Below are positions 26,576 through 39,905 of a stretch of 64,000 nucleotides of DNA, one piece after another (the stretch's first letter is position 1; each line of letters begins with the position of its first letter). Position numbers and translations under genes: made by a program. The stretch covers positions 8,417,627 through 8,481,626 of the forward strand of contig MU058423.1 in the NCBI GenBank assembly GCA_013265495.1, read 5' to 3'. The notes under the pieces are model-generated. The model was not told the origin of the DNA. It did not search any database and was given only the letters and a program-made list of their open reading frames with translations. This DNA is from Vicugna vicugna (Eukaryota).

Positions 26576-26688
26576 CCACGGCTGTCTCTTAATATGATTA
26601 AAAAGACAAATGAATACAAAATCTGAAGTATCGATATAATTTAGGTTTTCCACAAGCTTTAGTTTGTTTTGATTTTAGATGGCCTAAG

Positions 26689-27395
26689 GTTATTGGATAC
26701 AGAATGTGGCTGGTCTTTGCCCCCAGTTCCTGTGAGGTAGCCTTTAAATCCTTGGAATGTCCTCAGTGATAGGAGCGGCTTTGTTATTCGTGGGCTTCTA
26801 GGCTAGTAAGATGACTCAGGATGGGGGAGACACATGCTAGAAAGAGCAATCATGTGATTAGAAGACTGAGACTGTGAGCCATAGGATATCAACACAACCT
26901 CAGGGAAGGGAGGGAGGATGGAGACTGAGCTCAACCTCATGGCCAATGATTCAGTCAATCGTGCCTGTGTAATGAAACTCCAATAAAAACTCTGCACGAT
27001 GGAGCTCAGATGACCTTCCCTGGTTAGTGATATACTGTGCACTGTCACACAGCGATGTGAGGGTGGGAGCTGACTCCATGGGGAAAGGAAACTTCACCTC
27101 CCAGACCTCACCTGATGTGTTTCTTCGCTGGTTCCGATTTCAATCTTATTTGCTGTAATAAAACTATACTCTAAGATTGGTGCTTTCCTGAGTTCTGTGA
27201 ATTGTTCTAGTGAATAAGCAAACCTGAAGGGGTCATGGGAACGCCCTAAACTTGTAACAGCTGATCAGAATTGAGGATAGCCTTGGGAATTTCCAAATTT
27301 TCAGCTGGTGAATGAAATGAAGGCATTTTTTGGAAGACTATGCCTTAACCTATGACATTTGGCCCATGGGTAGCTAGAGTCAGAATTGCATTGCA
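26689..27395 (+). mobile_element. MER21-group (MER68/MER77-like) LTR
   Basis: GGTCTTTGCCCCCAGTTCCTG...ATGGCCAATGATTCAGTCAATCGTGCC...CAATAAAAACTCTG...TTTCCTGAGTTCTGTGA...GTCAGAATTGCATTGCA. Confidence 0.75.
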
Positions 27396-27589
27396 AAGGC
27401 TTTACCATATGTACTGCCACTGTATTCCCGAGCTACTTCATCTTCTCTCTGAGTACTTTGGCTCATAGAGAAATTGTGACCATTTTTAAAGAGTAAGCCT
27501 ATTATGCATTATATAGCTTTAAAAAAGAAAACACTGCAATTGGTGATAGTAGTAATTATTTCTGAAGTAAATCAGACACCAGACATTTT

Positions 27590-29100
27590 TATCCAACAAA
27601 CTTTTATTAAGTATATTCCATTGGTACATTCTAGTTGGCAGGATGCAGAGATAATACACAATTCCTACTACCAAGGAGTTTACAGTCTAGGAAAGACTCA
27701 AACAATTACAGTAGATTGACTCAGTGCTATGAAAGAAACATAAAACAGGAATCATGGCAACACCAAATGAGTAGGTGAGGAAGAAAAGCAGAGGCTCAGA
27801 AGAAGTGTATCAGGACCGAAGTATGAGAGCTGGGCAGGGAATGGCCAGAAGGAAGAGTAAGAAAGGAGAAAGAGGACAGCATGGAAGGTGGAGAGTAGGG
27901 TGCCCTCAGGGTCATGAAACAAAGTTGAACTGCACATAGGAGAGGCAAGAGCTGCAGTTAAGAGTGTTTCTGAACATAAGATGCCTAATGTACACTATGC
28001 TAAGTAGCTTGGATTTTTATCTTAAAATGTAGTGGGAAGCGCTCAAGGATTTCAAGCAGAGGAATAAAATAATTAAAAAAAATTTTGGAACAGTGTAATA
28101 AATAGATGAGATATCAGATGAGATTTGAATCAGTTAAGAAATGACAAGGTAATTCTGGACAAAAACAGTAAGACCTCAGAATTAGGACAGAAAGAAGGAA
28201 GTAGAATCACAAGACACCCAGGAGGTAAAACTGAATCAGAATCAATTGAATTTGAGGGAGTAAGCACTTAGGGAGGCATCAGGGCTTGGTCTGGATGGTG
28301 CTTCTCTTCAGTAAAGGGAATACAGGAAGAAAAGCATCTATGGTGGGAAGAGTAGAGTTCAGTCCTGCATATAGTGAGATGCTGTGAACAACCAGGTATA
28401 GCAGGCACATGGTTGGATATATGAGATGGCAGCTCAGCAAAGTTATTGCAAGTGAAAACACAGACATAGCGGGGAGGGTAATAGCTCAGTGGTAGAGCAT
28501 GTGCTTAGCACACCTGAGGTCCTGGGTTCAATTCCCAGTACCTCCATTAAAAAAAAGAAAAAAGAAAAAAAAAATACACACATAACAGTCATAACTTAAA
28601 CACTGATTTTGGATTTGTGGGAATGAATAAAATCATCAAATAGGTATTTGTAGAGCCAGAAAAGAATAAGACCAAGAAAAGAATCTCAAGAACATCAACA
28701 TCTGAGGAGTAGTTGGAATTAGGACATACAGAAACTCAAGAGCAAATGGTGTCACAAACCAAAGAAGGATCAACAGAGCTGCAGAGATCCAGTAGCAGAA
28801 TAGATGCAGGTCATTAGAGGCCACAGTCTCACTGCAGCAGAGATGGACATTAGATCAAATGGATTAAGAACATAGAAGGGATGAGAGGAACTCTGACCAC
28901 TTTTTCAAAACTAAGGTGTGTGAAAGGAAGGGAAAGTATTGGGAAATAGCTAGATGTGACAATTAGAGGAAGTTTGTTCTGATTATTTTTAAGACGGGTA
29001 CATTCTAATATTCTGAAGAGAAAAAGCCAGCAGTGAAGGAGTAGTTGAAATTATCGAAGAGGATAATGGATGAAGCAAGGGCTCTGTGAATGTGGGAGAA
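27590..29100 (-). mobile_element. L2 fragment (contains SINE at 28471)
   Basis: ATCCAACAAACTTTTATTAAG start; TTGGATTTTTATCTTAA...GGGAAGC...AAGCAGAGG antisense L2 motifs. Confidence 0.6.
28471..28574 (+). mobile_element. tRNA-derived SINE (Vic-1-like, short form)
   Basis: A box TAGCTCAGTGG, B box GGTTCAATTCC, poly(A); degenerate TSD AAAACACAGACATAGC / AAAATACACACATAAC. Confidence 0.9.
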
Positions 29101-32100
29101 AAGATTCAAAGACATTCAGAGAAGGGGTAGTGGGGTAATGTTCAACACACAGTATGAGGAATACCATATTCTGAGCGGGAAAAAAAAAAATGGTAGGGAA
29201 GGCACTACAAAGAGAAAACTTAAGTTACAACTCTAAGATAACCTCCTTACAAGGACAGGGAATTCACTGACAATGGAAATCCTATTGAGGCTGCTAATCT
29301 CTGAAAATGATACAAAACAAGCAGCAATTTATGCACATGCTCTATAGAAGAACGCCATGCATAATACCAGGCCCAAAGAAAAAGAGTATTTCCATGCCAT
29401 GTTTCCTTTTCCTGAGGAAGCCAGGAACTAACTACTGAAATAGATACGTAAGTGGAGATTCTGTTTCTGCTGAGTACGCAGAAGGCATGGCCATCCTGTG
29501 AAGGTGTTATTTAGCATTTTAAACTAGTACTCACTACTCATTTTTCTATGGAAACAGTTCTGTAAAAATAGCCCACAAAAACTCATTGAATTCATCCTGC
29601 AACTGAAACTTTTCAACAGAACTTTGGCAGTCTTCATGGAAAAAACAACAAAATATTCTGAAATGATGGTGTTATACAGCTGGCTGGAATCCTCACACGG
29701 TGAGTGACTCATTTCTGCATACTAATTCCACAGGGCACTTGACTCAAATTTATGTCCAGAAAACAGATTCAGAAAGGGAACTTACAAAAATGGGGCTCAC
29801 AAGAACCCCATTAACTTGTGTGCTGTATGGAAGGTTATTTCCTTATGTCTCCCCAGAATCTAGGTAACAATACTCACTTACTTGTATGGACTGTATTGTC
29901 ATCCAGGAACCTTCAAGTTGGTATCTCAAAGAAGGGGTGTCCTAATTAGGAATACACATCCCCTACCTCTCCCCAAACACTAATAAAGTTGACAAAATGA
30001 CACTCAGATTTTTATATGTCAGAAACAGTTAAATGTAGTCAGTATTAGTCCATTGCTAAGAAAATGGTAATCTGGGTAACCTGGAAAATCCAGTTAACAT
30101 GTTTGCAAGGCTGAAGTTCATCTGCAACAACATGGGGCTCCCTGGACAACACCCCACCAATACAATCCCCCCAAACTGTGACATAAATAAACTCTGGTTA
30201 TCTGGTGACCAGTCAAGCATCCAGAAAGGGCTTCCTTGTGATACCTGGGTATTGTAAAAAGAACAGAATTAGACCAAGCTATTAGAGCAGTATCCAGTTT
30301 AATTAATTAATCTCTTTTTCCTTCTGCTCTCCCACGGTACATTGCCTGTACCTTTGTTACAGCATGTGTCTGTTACAGCACTATCCATGTATAAGATGCA
30401 TGTTATATCTATTAGCATGTTATCCCTATGGAGCACAGTTATACTGTTTTTCCCACCTAAACACAATCTCTAGAGGGTAGAGATAATAACTTACACTTCT
30501 CTTTTTCCCTAAGAACACAAGACACATAGCCTTACACATGACACACTCAGTAAATATTTGTTGTATTGAACTAGGCACAATTGAGGTCAATTAGGTATGA
30601 CAGGGCCTCAAATTAATTGTGGAAGGAATTAAGCTAAACCTCTGCATGTGATAGACACTCATGAATGTGCAAGAATCTATCAGAAATAAGTAAATCAAGC
30701 TCTCAGGGGCTTTAGGGGAGAAAGGTATAAACATACTCCAAGTACTCTGCAGAAAGGAATAATAATCTCAACTCTCTCTATGCCTATTCATTCCTGTGTT
30801 CAGCTGCTTACACGAGGGGAAGAAAATCCCACAGCTTATTCTAGTTTTGTTGAATTTCACCAAAAACTGGATTTCATGTTTATAACAATCAAATGTTATG
30901 AAAGCCCTAAAAAGACTAAATGAGAGCTTTCTTTTTTTTTTAGGATCTACTTCTTTGTGGTTTTAAACATTATTAAAGTGAATGCAGAGTACTGAATTTA
31001 TTTTTATTCTCCTGACATTTGACATAAACATCTGAAAGTAAGAAACAAATAAATAACAAGTAATAAATAATAAACAAATAAAAGTAAGAAACAGTTTACA
31101 GTTTGGATCGCCAGCAGGTTTTACTCAATCCCTGCCCTCCCCTCCCCCATTCAATCATGTTCAACGGTCATTCACATTGATTTATACAATCAGCACATCT
31201 CAACTTATTTTGGCACAGAGTAGATTCCAGGCTGATGATCGCCTCGTGCACAAACCATTACACCGGTTTACCAAATAACTTCCCTGTTTTTAGCCCCCTC
31301 CCAGTTCCATTGAGCACATCTGTGCTTGCTGTTCCTGTAAACAGAACTCTTCCCAAGACATTCTGCAAATATTCACTGAGCACCTATCCTGAGCAAAGCG
31401 CTGATACAGGTGCTACAGAGAAGGTACAGACCAGCAGAACACTGCCCTTGCCCTTCGCATCTAAGTCTAGCTAGAGAAATAACAAGCAATAGCAATACAG
31501 CATTAAAGGAAACGAAGAGAGGAAGAAAGAAAACAAATTACAGCTCAGGTGAGGTGGGAAGATACTGTAGATGAGGGGCTTCGAGACTAGAATTTAAAGG
31601 AGAAGATTCCTATCAGATAAAGTCGAGAAGGAGTATTCCAAGCGGATACAACACTGAGCGGTGAATGGCTGTGAAAGCTTAGGTAAGTTCACCGGAAGCA
31701 ACATACACAGCAGGTAAGATCAAATAAGTAATGAAGACTACAAACCCTAGGCAAGAATCTCAACATATCCTGTCCACCGAAAACCACTCTTTAAAAGTGC
31801 TATTAGCACACAACGATATGGCATATAATACTACTTTAAAACAAAAACAGAAAAAAATCAAGTAACACAAGATCCAGGGTACCCAACCGAGCAGGGGAAC
31901 AGCAGGCAAACAACAGTTTAAGAAATAGTAAACTGGTCACTGGGCCACCAGCTGCAACTGGGCAGGTTTATGTAGTCTGTGGAAATGGCACTTCCCAAAG
32001 TGGGTCAGTGCACAACCCGTTCAAAAGTACTGTGACCCTGACAGTTTCAGACAGGGGAGTACTTAACTTTGTAGGGCTCTAGATGGGTCCGAGGGCAAGA

Positions 32101-32859
32101 AATCAAGTCTCTTAGAAGACTGAAATCAGTTGTATGGCTCAACGTCTTGAAATAACACAGTAGAGACGCAGGTCCTGATGAACTAGGTATAAGCAAGGAA
32201 ATTTATTACTGAACTCTAAACACAGGGAGACCAGGCAGGAGCCCAAACAACAGGAAAGTGAAAAAATAATATTAAGTGATACAAATACCAGTATTAGCAT
32301 GTCTCGGAGTGTAATTTCTATGTAAGAATGCTTACAGCTTCTTTAAGAAAAGGATTGGCCACAGAGTTTCACACAGCTATGTCCCCAAACACCCCCAACT
32401 TACTGATGGAGATTAATTGGCCGAAGACCAAAATCACTAGGAAGTGAAATATGTCATCACATCATTATTCAAGAAAAAATATTTAAGCCTTTTTTTATGG
32501 TTATTAATGCCATGTTTGCTTCCTTTCATTATAAATAATATTTCAGCTACATTATAATTTTTAAAAGCTTTGATTTTTAGTCTAGAAATCCCTATTTTCT
32601 GAGTACAAATATACTAATGGCAAATTCACTTTTTTGGTGTGTGGAGGGCAGGGGAGAGAATGGCCCTAAAGTGCAGTTTTACTTGGACACATAGAAACTG
32701 TAAAACCAACTGGCCAGAGAAAAACCTTTGTTTGGTAACAATATCATATAATGCTAACTGTGTATTACATTGCAGGCCTTTTGATACATACTTTATTTAC
32801 ATTATCACATTTAATCCTCACAGAACACCTAAAGGTAGTAATATTTATAATGACAGTTA

Positions 32860-33090
32860 AGACTTGAACAATTACTAAGTACAAGACACTGTTCAGAGCA
32901 ATTTATATGTAGTATTACCTCATTTAATCCACAAGACAGTCCTATGAGACAAGTACCTTTTTTATCTGCATTTTACAAATAATATATTTGAAGATTAAGG
33001 AACTTTCCTAAGGTCACACTGCTAGTAAGAAGAGCCAGAATTTAAGTCCTGTAGTCTGACGTCAAAGCCCAGGCTCTTAGTTACAGCTTT
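32860..33090 (-). mobile_element. MIR
   Basis: CTCATTTAATCC...CCTATGAG...CATTTTACAAAT...AAGGTCACACTGCTAGTAAG...GAGCCAGAATTT. Confidence 0.75.
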
Positions 33091-34429
33091 TTACTGCTTC
33101 TGCAATTGGTATTCATGGAGTTAACAATGTTTCTGATACTACTGTTAGAATTTCATCAAGTGCGTATTATTTAATGAACGTCTGAAGAGAAGCAATAACC
33201 AGAGCTAAGAAAAGATTAAAATAGATTCTTTTTGAGTCTAGATCCCAAGAAGCCATTATTTTCAGAAAATTTAATGAGCTCTGATAGTGACATGTTGAAA
33301 ATTACTGCAAAGAAACAATGCTACTCAGTTCCAATAGAAAACTTTACTGTAAAACAACAAAAAAAGCCAAATAAACAAAATAAAGTAAAATGCAAGGAAA
33401 TAAGGTTAGGATGAATTATACCCTATGTCTGCCTAAGACTTAGAAAATGCAAACCAAATTCACTCCAAGGAAATTAAGTTTGTGGAAATTCTGCAACTTG
33501 ATATAGACAGACAGGGGTTTAAGTTTGGTTTAAAAAGTTTCTAGATTTATCACAGGAAAAAAAAATCACTGTCTCTAGGTATCATTAAGTGACCATATTA
33601 CTAAATCTGATAACTCAATGGCTATACAGTTTATTAGTGTATACATTTAATGATAACGTATATGGTTTTTTAAAAAAATTATACCGTGGTTATGCTAATT
33701 TTCTGGCTTACGGAATTACTGCATTGCTCACTGTTTCATATCTGTTAAAGGAGGGAAGGTAGGAAAAGAAGAGGATAATGACAGAGACTTACTGGGGTTT
33801 AGGAGTATGAAGCAAAGGCCCACACGTGCAAAGAGCCCAGGCTGGTTCCCAGTCTGGTACTTTTTCTAGTCTAATCCACTTTCCCTACAGAAGGAAGTTT
33901 CTGAATCTACAGTATATCTTAGAAATCACCTAGCTGGAAGCATCCATTTCACTGACAGCAAAACCAATCCAAACCCACACAGTGACTGGCACCAGAGCCA
34001 GAGTAAATGGGCTTCCTGACCACGGGTATTCTCTCTGGGCACAACTGTGCTCATACAGTCCTCGGTGCATACGTATTACAATCTGATGGACACTGTAGAT
34101 AACTATCAAATTAGTTTCAAACTCCATATCTGCAGTGTTGATTGAGTCTTTACTAACTGACACTATGCTAGCCCTTTATATGTATTCTTTAGTTTATCCC
34201 CACAATAATCCTCTGAGGGATGGTATTACTATGGTCTCTACTTCACAGATAAAAGACAACTGAGGTTTAGAAAGGGAATGCGCTACTGAGTAGAAACATC
34301 TAAACTTAAATCAAGGTCTGAATGACACCAAAATCTGAGTTCTTAAAATATTATGCAAACTTCTCTCTGCATAGCTCTTCCCTTACAAATAAAAAATTAT
34401 TTATAATAAACTACCATGTGTAGGTGTAC

Positions 34430-34820
34430 ATTTATTCAGCATATATCTACTGGGCATATGTGTCAAATGCTGCTCTAGGTGTTTCACATTCATGTATCAA
34501 ATGGAACAACAACAAAATTCCTGCCCCTGTGGTGCCTATAGTCTAGGAAGACACAGACAATAAACATAATAAATAAGTAAATTATACATTTATGTTAGAA
34601 GGTGAACAGTGCTATGGGAAGAAAGCAGATGATTGGAAGTGTCAGTTTTATACAGGTTAGCCCTCACTGAGGAGGTAACTTTTGGGCAAAGACTTCAAAG
34701 AAGTGGAGCCAGAGCCACAAAGAAATCTGAGTGAGGTCAGAGAAGTAAAGGAGTGGTACAGTTAGGGGGCAGGTGTGGCGTGATAGACCACTTTTAAGAA
34801 TTTTGGCTTTTGAGTGAAAG
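34430..34820 (-). mobile_element. L2 3' fragment
   Basis: CATTTATTCAGCATATATCTACTGGGCA...CCTGCCCCTGTGGTGCCTATAGTCTAG. Confidence 0.65.
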
Positions 34821-37269
34821 AGAAACCACCCCACTTCTCCCACCAAATCTTGCCTAATTGATGTTTCCCTAAATAACTCTTAAAAGGGCACTATGTAGTT
34901 TTTTAAGCAAAGAAAGAGTGAAACTATGTATCCCTGATTCTACCTTTTTTTGCAATAGATTCTGGAGGAAGGAACTGCCACGTATAAAAATAGGTTAAAA
35001 ACAAAGAAAAAGAGTTTACACACATAAGCAAACATCTGAGGGAGCAACTTTACACAAAAACATAGGGCTGTAGGTGACTTTCTTACACAATCAGTCCACA
35101 TGGTTACTCTTCCAATCTATTAAGCTAGGGTTAATGACAACAGTAAAAATTTCATATTTTTCACAGAAAATAGTTATGAATACATAGATTTTTTAAAATA
35201 TTATTAGCATTTCACATGATCACATAACGTAAAATGTGTAGATGAGTAAGATCACTGAATAAAATAAAAGTAATTTTCCCCCCAAGTAAGCCAATGCATA
35301 ATCAAGTAACTTCAAAACTTTTCTTTATCTTAGTAAACACAACTCCTTCTCCTAAAGCAACACTATCTTTAATTATAACTTATTTGTGAACCGTTAGAAA
35401 AATGACAATCAATTCAGGGTCTCTAAGCTCTACAAATATTAATCAAGGTCCTCTAACAAAGAGGCAACCTCTGGAAACATGCAGTTTAGGCCAGCTTCAG
35501 AGTAAAAGAATATTCTCTATTCACAGTAAGGTCAGATGGAGTTTACCCAGAAGCTCTGATGTCTTCTTTTCAATAGACACACAATGAGCTCAAATAGGAA
35601 AATTGAAAGATGACTTCTTTTAGATGTAAGGTAATCACAATTTGTTCACAATGTAGTGCAGTGTCTCAACTATGCTGCTATCACTTTACAATAAAACTAC
35701 TATATGAGGTGTTTATGACAACGGAATGAAAAGCCATCAGTATGAACCTCTTATGACTATCTGTATCTCTCACGTTTTATGACTGCCGCTTGAAGGTCTC
35801 TGATTAGATATTAGAAAGACTTTCTGACAATGAGGGTACTAAAAATGAGTTACTAACAAAGGTTATAAAAACATCTTGAAGATCTTTCAGGAAAAGCATG
35901 AATGTTCACCCTCAGGGATGATTTGGCACTGTCTTACATGAAAGGAGAAATAAAAAGCAGAAAACTCTTTAGGCCTCATTAATCTCTGTTATTCTTTAAA
36001 CTAAAAAGGCTTTTACTTCTTCTTCTTTTTTTTTTTTTGCCCTAGAATTATGGTTCTCTATAACCATCCCCCTCCTTCTGCTAAATATGAAATTTCAAAT
36101 TTGCTGTGACATAAGAAATAAATATGTATTCTATGTGCTTTATCATCAAAATAATGTTTAATATTGAATAAAAACTAATTTGAAATTGTTTTAAAGCAAA
36201 ATCCTCAAGGCCCTGCCTAAATTAGGTGAAGAAATAGTATCACTTATCAGCTACTAGCTTAGGTATATATGTTTTGTTAACCTGTTACCTAGATGAGGTG
36301 GTTTATCTTTCACGCAAAATGTGATCTGTGTACTTATGTCTGCAACTCCCTTGGAAATGCATCAGAATAATAACAGCAGTTGATGGCTTGGTGGATATGT
36401 GATCAAGTAAATCAGCAAAATGTTAAAACTGTAGAACCTAGGAGGTGGCTACACATATATTTATTGTAAAATTGTTTCGACTTTTCTGTACGTTTGAAAT
36501 TTTTAATGATAAACTGTTGGGGAAATGTAATTATATTTGAAAACTGTTTTAAATAGCAAGGGAGAAACATCCAAATTACACAGAATAATTCTGCAAAAAA
36601 GATTAGGCAAGCCTTATACGTGTTGAGTCAGGGAGCAAAAAAGGTTGCTGTAACACCTGTACTTTATCTGCCTCCAGAAAAGTCCTCCAAATTCACTCTA
36701 TTGAGATAAGAAGGCAGGCAGAAAGGTGTGTTTAAAAATTCTATAGTGAAACTAAATTCCTCTGACTGAGTTTTGAAAAGTAAAAACTGAAATTATTTCT
36801 GTATCTAAAAAATACAGTATTTCTTCACCTACCCAGACTAACTTCATTTTCAATATAGATTTCTTGAAAGGAAATAAAGTGTAACTTCATTTGGATTACT
36901 CATTATTCTCTTTGGCAATGTCCTTTCCCTGTGAAACTACCTGAAATTATTCAAAGAAAACTGAAAACTAAAACACGTTAAGAAATGATCAATACCAACC
37001 AAATTTACCAACCAAATAGTGTGTATATGAAGTACATGTGACATGTGTCATAAGCCTTTCAACATACACTTTTTTTTTTCCGATAGGTTCAGTTCAGTGA
37101 TCAACACAAATAACTTTCTAAAGTGTCACAAGCAAGGCGTATTTATGTTTGATAATTCCATCGATGATTTCTTTGGTAGTTATCGAAAACATACCACTCC
37201 CTGCGTTTCATAAAGATAGAAAGCCATCATAACTCAAAGAAATTGCTCAGCTAGCAGTGGGTAATGACT

Positions 37270-38280
37270 TATTTAACAAAGATTTACTGAATACCTACTG
37301 TGTGCCAGACACTGTGCTTAGCCTTAGAGATGAGAATATGAATAAAATACAGTCCCTGACTGCATGAAATTGATGGTTTGGTAAAGAAGACCTACAAATG
37401 GATAACTGCAAAACACTTAAATTGACCGATAAGCACATACATGGAGTGTTACTGTAATAAAAGGAGATACCTAACCTGGTGTAGGGATCTTTGGGACTGC
37501 TTCCTGAGTTTAGTCTTAAAGAATGAGTAGCAAACAGCAAGTCCTACCGGACAGCACAGAGAACTATACTCTGTATCTTGTAATAAACTATAATGAAAAA
37601 GAATATGAAAAACAATGTATACGTATAACGGAATCACTATGCTATACATCAGAAACTAGGACAATATTGTAAATCAACTATATATCAATTAAAAAAAAAG
37701 AATGAGTAGCAGTGGTTTAGGCAGGAGAATAAGGGAGTGGGTATTACATGCTGAAGTGGCCACCTGTGTGGGATATGTTAAGGAACCTGGACTTTCTCTT
37801 GGCCTCAAAAGGATTTAGAAGGGGAGTGATATTTTCAGATTGTATCTTAGCTAGATCTCCTTGGCTCTTGAGAGAAGGATGAATGTGAGGGAGAAGAGAC
37901 CATGGTGCAGCTGCAGGAGCGACATAATGAGGACCTGAAATAAGACTGTGATGGTAAATATGGTTTCTATTGAGAAAGACCAGCAGATTGTCAGATTAAA
38001 CGTGGGGTGATTTCCACGTGTCTGGCTTGGGTAAGAGTCCATAGATGACAATGCCTTCCAATCAAAGTAGGTAATACAGAAGGGAAGGCCAAACTGAAAG
38101 GGGAAAATGATGGATTCCGCTTTGGATGTGTTGGATTTGATATGCCTCTGTGTTATCTAGAAGATTTCCAGCAGAAAGTTAAATATAGGATGCCAAGGGG
38201 GTGGACTGAATGGGAGGTTGAAATTTGAATCAGCAGAATATCAGAGATACCTGAAATAATGAAGAGTGAATATTCAGCGT
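37270..38280 (-). mobile_element. L2 fragment (contains L1 insert at 37533)
   Basis: ATTTAACAAAGATTTACTGAATACCTACTGTGTGCCAGACACTGTGCT and downstream L2 motifs. Confidence 0.75.
37533..37696 (+). mobile_element. 5'-truncated cetartiodactyl-type L1 3' end
   Basis: CAGCACAGAGAACTATA...TATAATGAAAAAGAATATG...GAATCACTATGCTATACATCAGAAACT...GTAAATCAACTATA plus poly(A); perfect 15-bp TSD AAAGAATGAGTAGCA (37518-37532, 37697-37711). Confidence 0.9.
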
Positions 38281-38284
38281 TTGT

Positions 38285-38760
38285 TTTTAATTTTAACCAT
38301 TCTACTAGGTGTGAAGTAAGAGTTCATCATGGTTTTAATTTTTATTTCCCTAATGTTTAATGACGTTTGGCATCTTTTCTGCTTGCTATTCATGTATCTA
38401 TGTTAGTTCGAATTATTTTCCCATTTAAAAATATTAAATTGCTTTCTTATTATTGTGTTTTGAGTTTTTTTAATATATATTCTTGATGTAACTCCTTTAT
38501 CAAATACATGTTTTGAAAATACTTTCTCCCAGTGTGTGGCTTCACAGTGTTTTCTGAAGACCATATTTTTTATTTTGTTGAAGTACAATTTTTTTCTTTT
38601 TTTTTTTTCTACATAATGCTTTTGGTGTTGTACCTAAGAAATCTTGGTCTAAGTGAGGTCGCAAATATTTTTCTCCTGTTTTCTTCTGGAAGAAAGTTTT
38701 AAGTTTTCCATTTACACTTATGATACATTTTGAGTTTATTTTTATTTATTGTGTGAGGAA
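38285..38760 (-). mobile_element. L1M ORF2 3' fragment
   Basis: CCATTCTACTAGGTGTG...GGTTTTAATT...TTTCCCTAATG...TGCTTTTGGTGTTGTACCTAAGAAATC. Confidence 0.75.
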
Positions 38761-39399
38761 CGGATGGATATGAGAGAGGACAGAACCGATCATTAAGAGT
38801 GTAGAATGAGAAGGCCAAAGAGTGGACGGAATTCGGGGAGAAAAGATAAAGCCAAGGCTAAAGGAAGAGGAGTTGGGCAAAAAAGATACTAAGCATTGTC
38901 GGAGAAGTACAAGGAAAATTCTGAATAATCAACACCGTCAACTAAGATAAGCAAAGGAAACTATCTTTTTAACTTGGATGAGGTCATTAGTGACCTTAGG
39001 AAGAGGATATTCAGTCAAAGCAAATCATTTCGACACTGGAAAACGTAACAAACCACTTTATAAGAATTCCCCCTGTGGAAGCTCTGGGGAGAGGTCTGAA
39101 ATCCCTGAGCATTCTTAAAGTTCACTTCTCTAGGCACAGGCGGGTTTGGGCTTCCCGACAGAGGATGACTGAGGCAGATTCCAGTCACGCCCCTTGGGGC
39201 CCTCCAGAATGAAGTCTTAGAGATAAACCCGAGGAATCACTGCCCCCCTGGGAAATCAGAACCAACACTCAACACCAGGTTTGCCAAGCTGACACCTCAC
39301 CAGGGAGGCAGCTGGCTACACTGCAGGCGAAAGAAAAGGCGAGGATGGGAATGTATGCACTTGGGCAATCCCAGGGAAGATTAGGGAAATCCCTTCCAC

Positions 39400-39905
39400 C
39401 CGCCACCCCCTCGAGTGTCTGGCGGAGGAGAGGGGAAGGGCGTGGGGCCGGCTCTCCGCGGGCGAAGAGCTCCCGCACTTACCCGGTCCCGGGCTGGGGA
39501 TGTTTAAGGCACAGGCTAGGGGAATCGTGGGCAGGCCTCTTCCCTTCCCAAGAGCCATGCTGGGGGCACTGGACGGACTCCCCTCGGCCGGCTGTCCCGT
39601 CGCCTCCCCGCCCCTGCAGCCTGCAGGTCACCCTAAGTCCAGGAGGGACTGGGTCTTCCCGCCAGAAGCCGCCAGCTGCCATCCCTTCCAGCTAGTCGTA
39701 AAGTGCAGTAAAGCGCCGGCGCTTTACGGCACCGTAGGTGAGGCCGGCGGCGTGGATCCTCGGTGGGCGCAAGTCGTCCGCGTAGGCAGCAGCTTGCAAA
39801 CGACCGCGGCGGTTGGGAATTTGGGGCGGACAGGGACCCAGCTACAATTCTCTCGACGGGTAATTGTCCGTTCCGAGGTTTGTGTAACAAGAGAGAAAGC
39901 GGGTA
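39400..39905. promoter_or_regulatory. DPH5: CpG-island promoter of DPH5, probably bidirectional; includes non-coding exon 1 (candidate donors after 39737 TAG|GTGAGG, 39859 CGG|GTAATT, 39948 GCA|GTAAGG)
   Basis: Only GC/CpG-dense segment in the window, 200-700 bp upstream of the first coding exon; GC boxes (GGGCGTGG, GGGGCGGA) and a ZNF143-associated ACTACAATTCCC-like motif (GCTACAATTCTC, 39841-39852). The TSS cannot be fixed from sequence. Confidence 0.85.

Noticed and set aside
28471..28545. tRNA-Ala(AGC)-like gene (also at 5400, 15645, 53355, 58415)
   Set aside because: A and B boxes are present, but the stems are degenerate and the copies have A-rich tails and mostly TSDs, so these are SINEs rather than tRNA genes.
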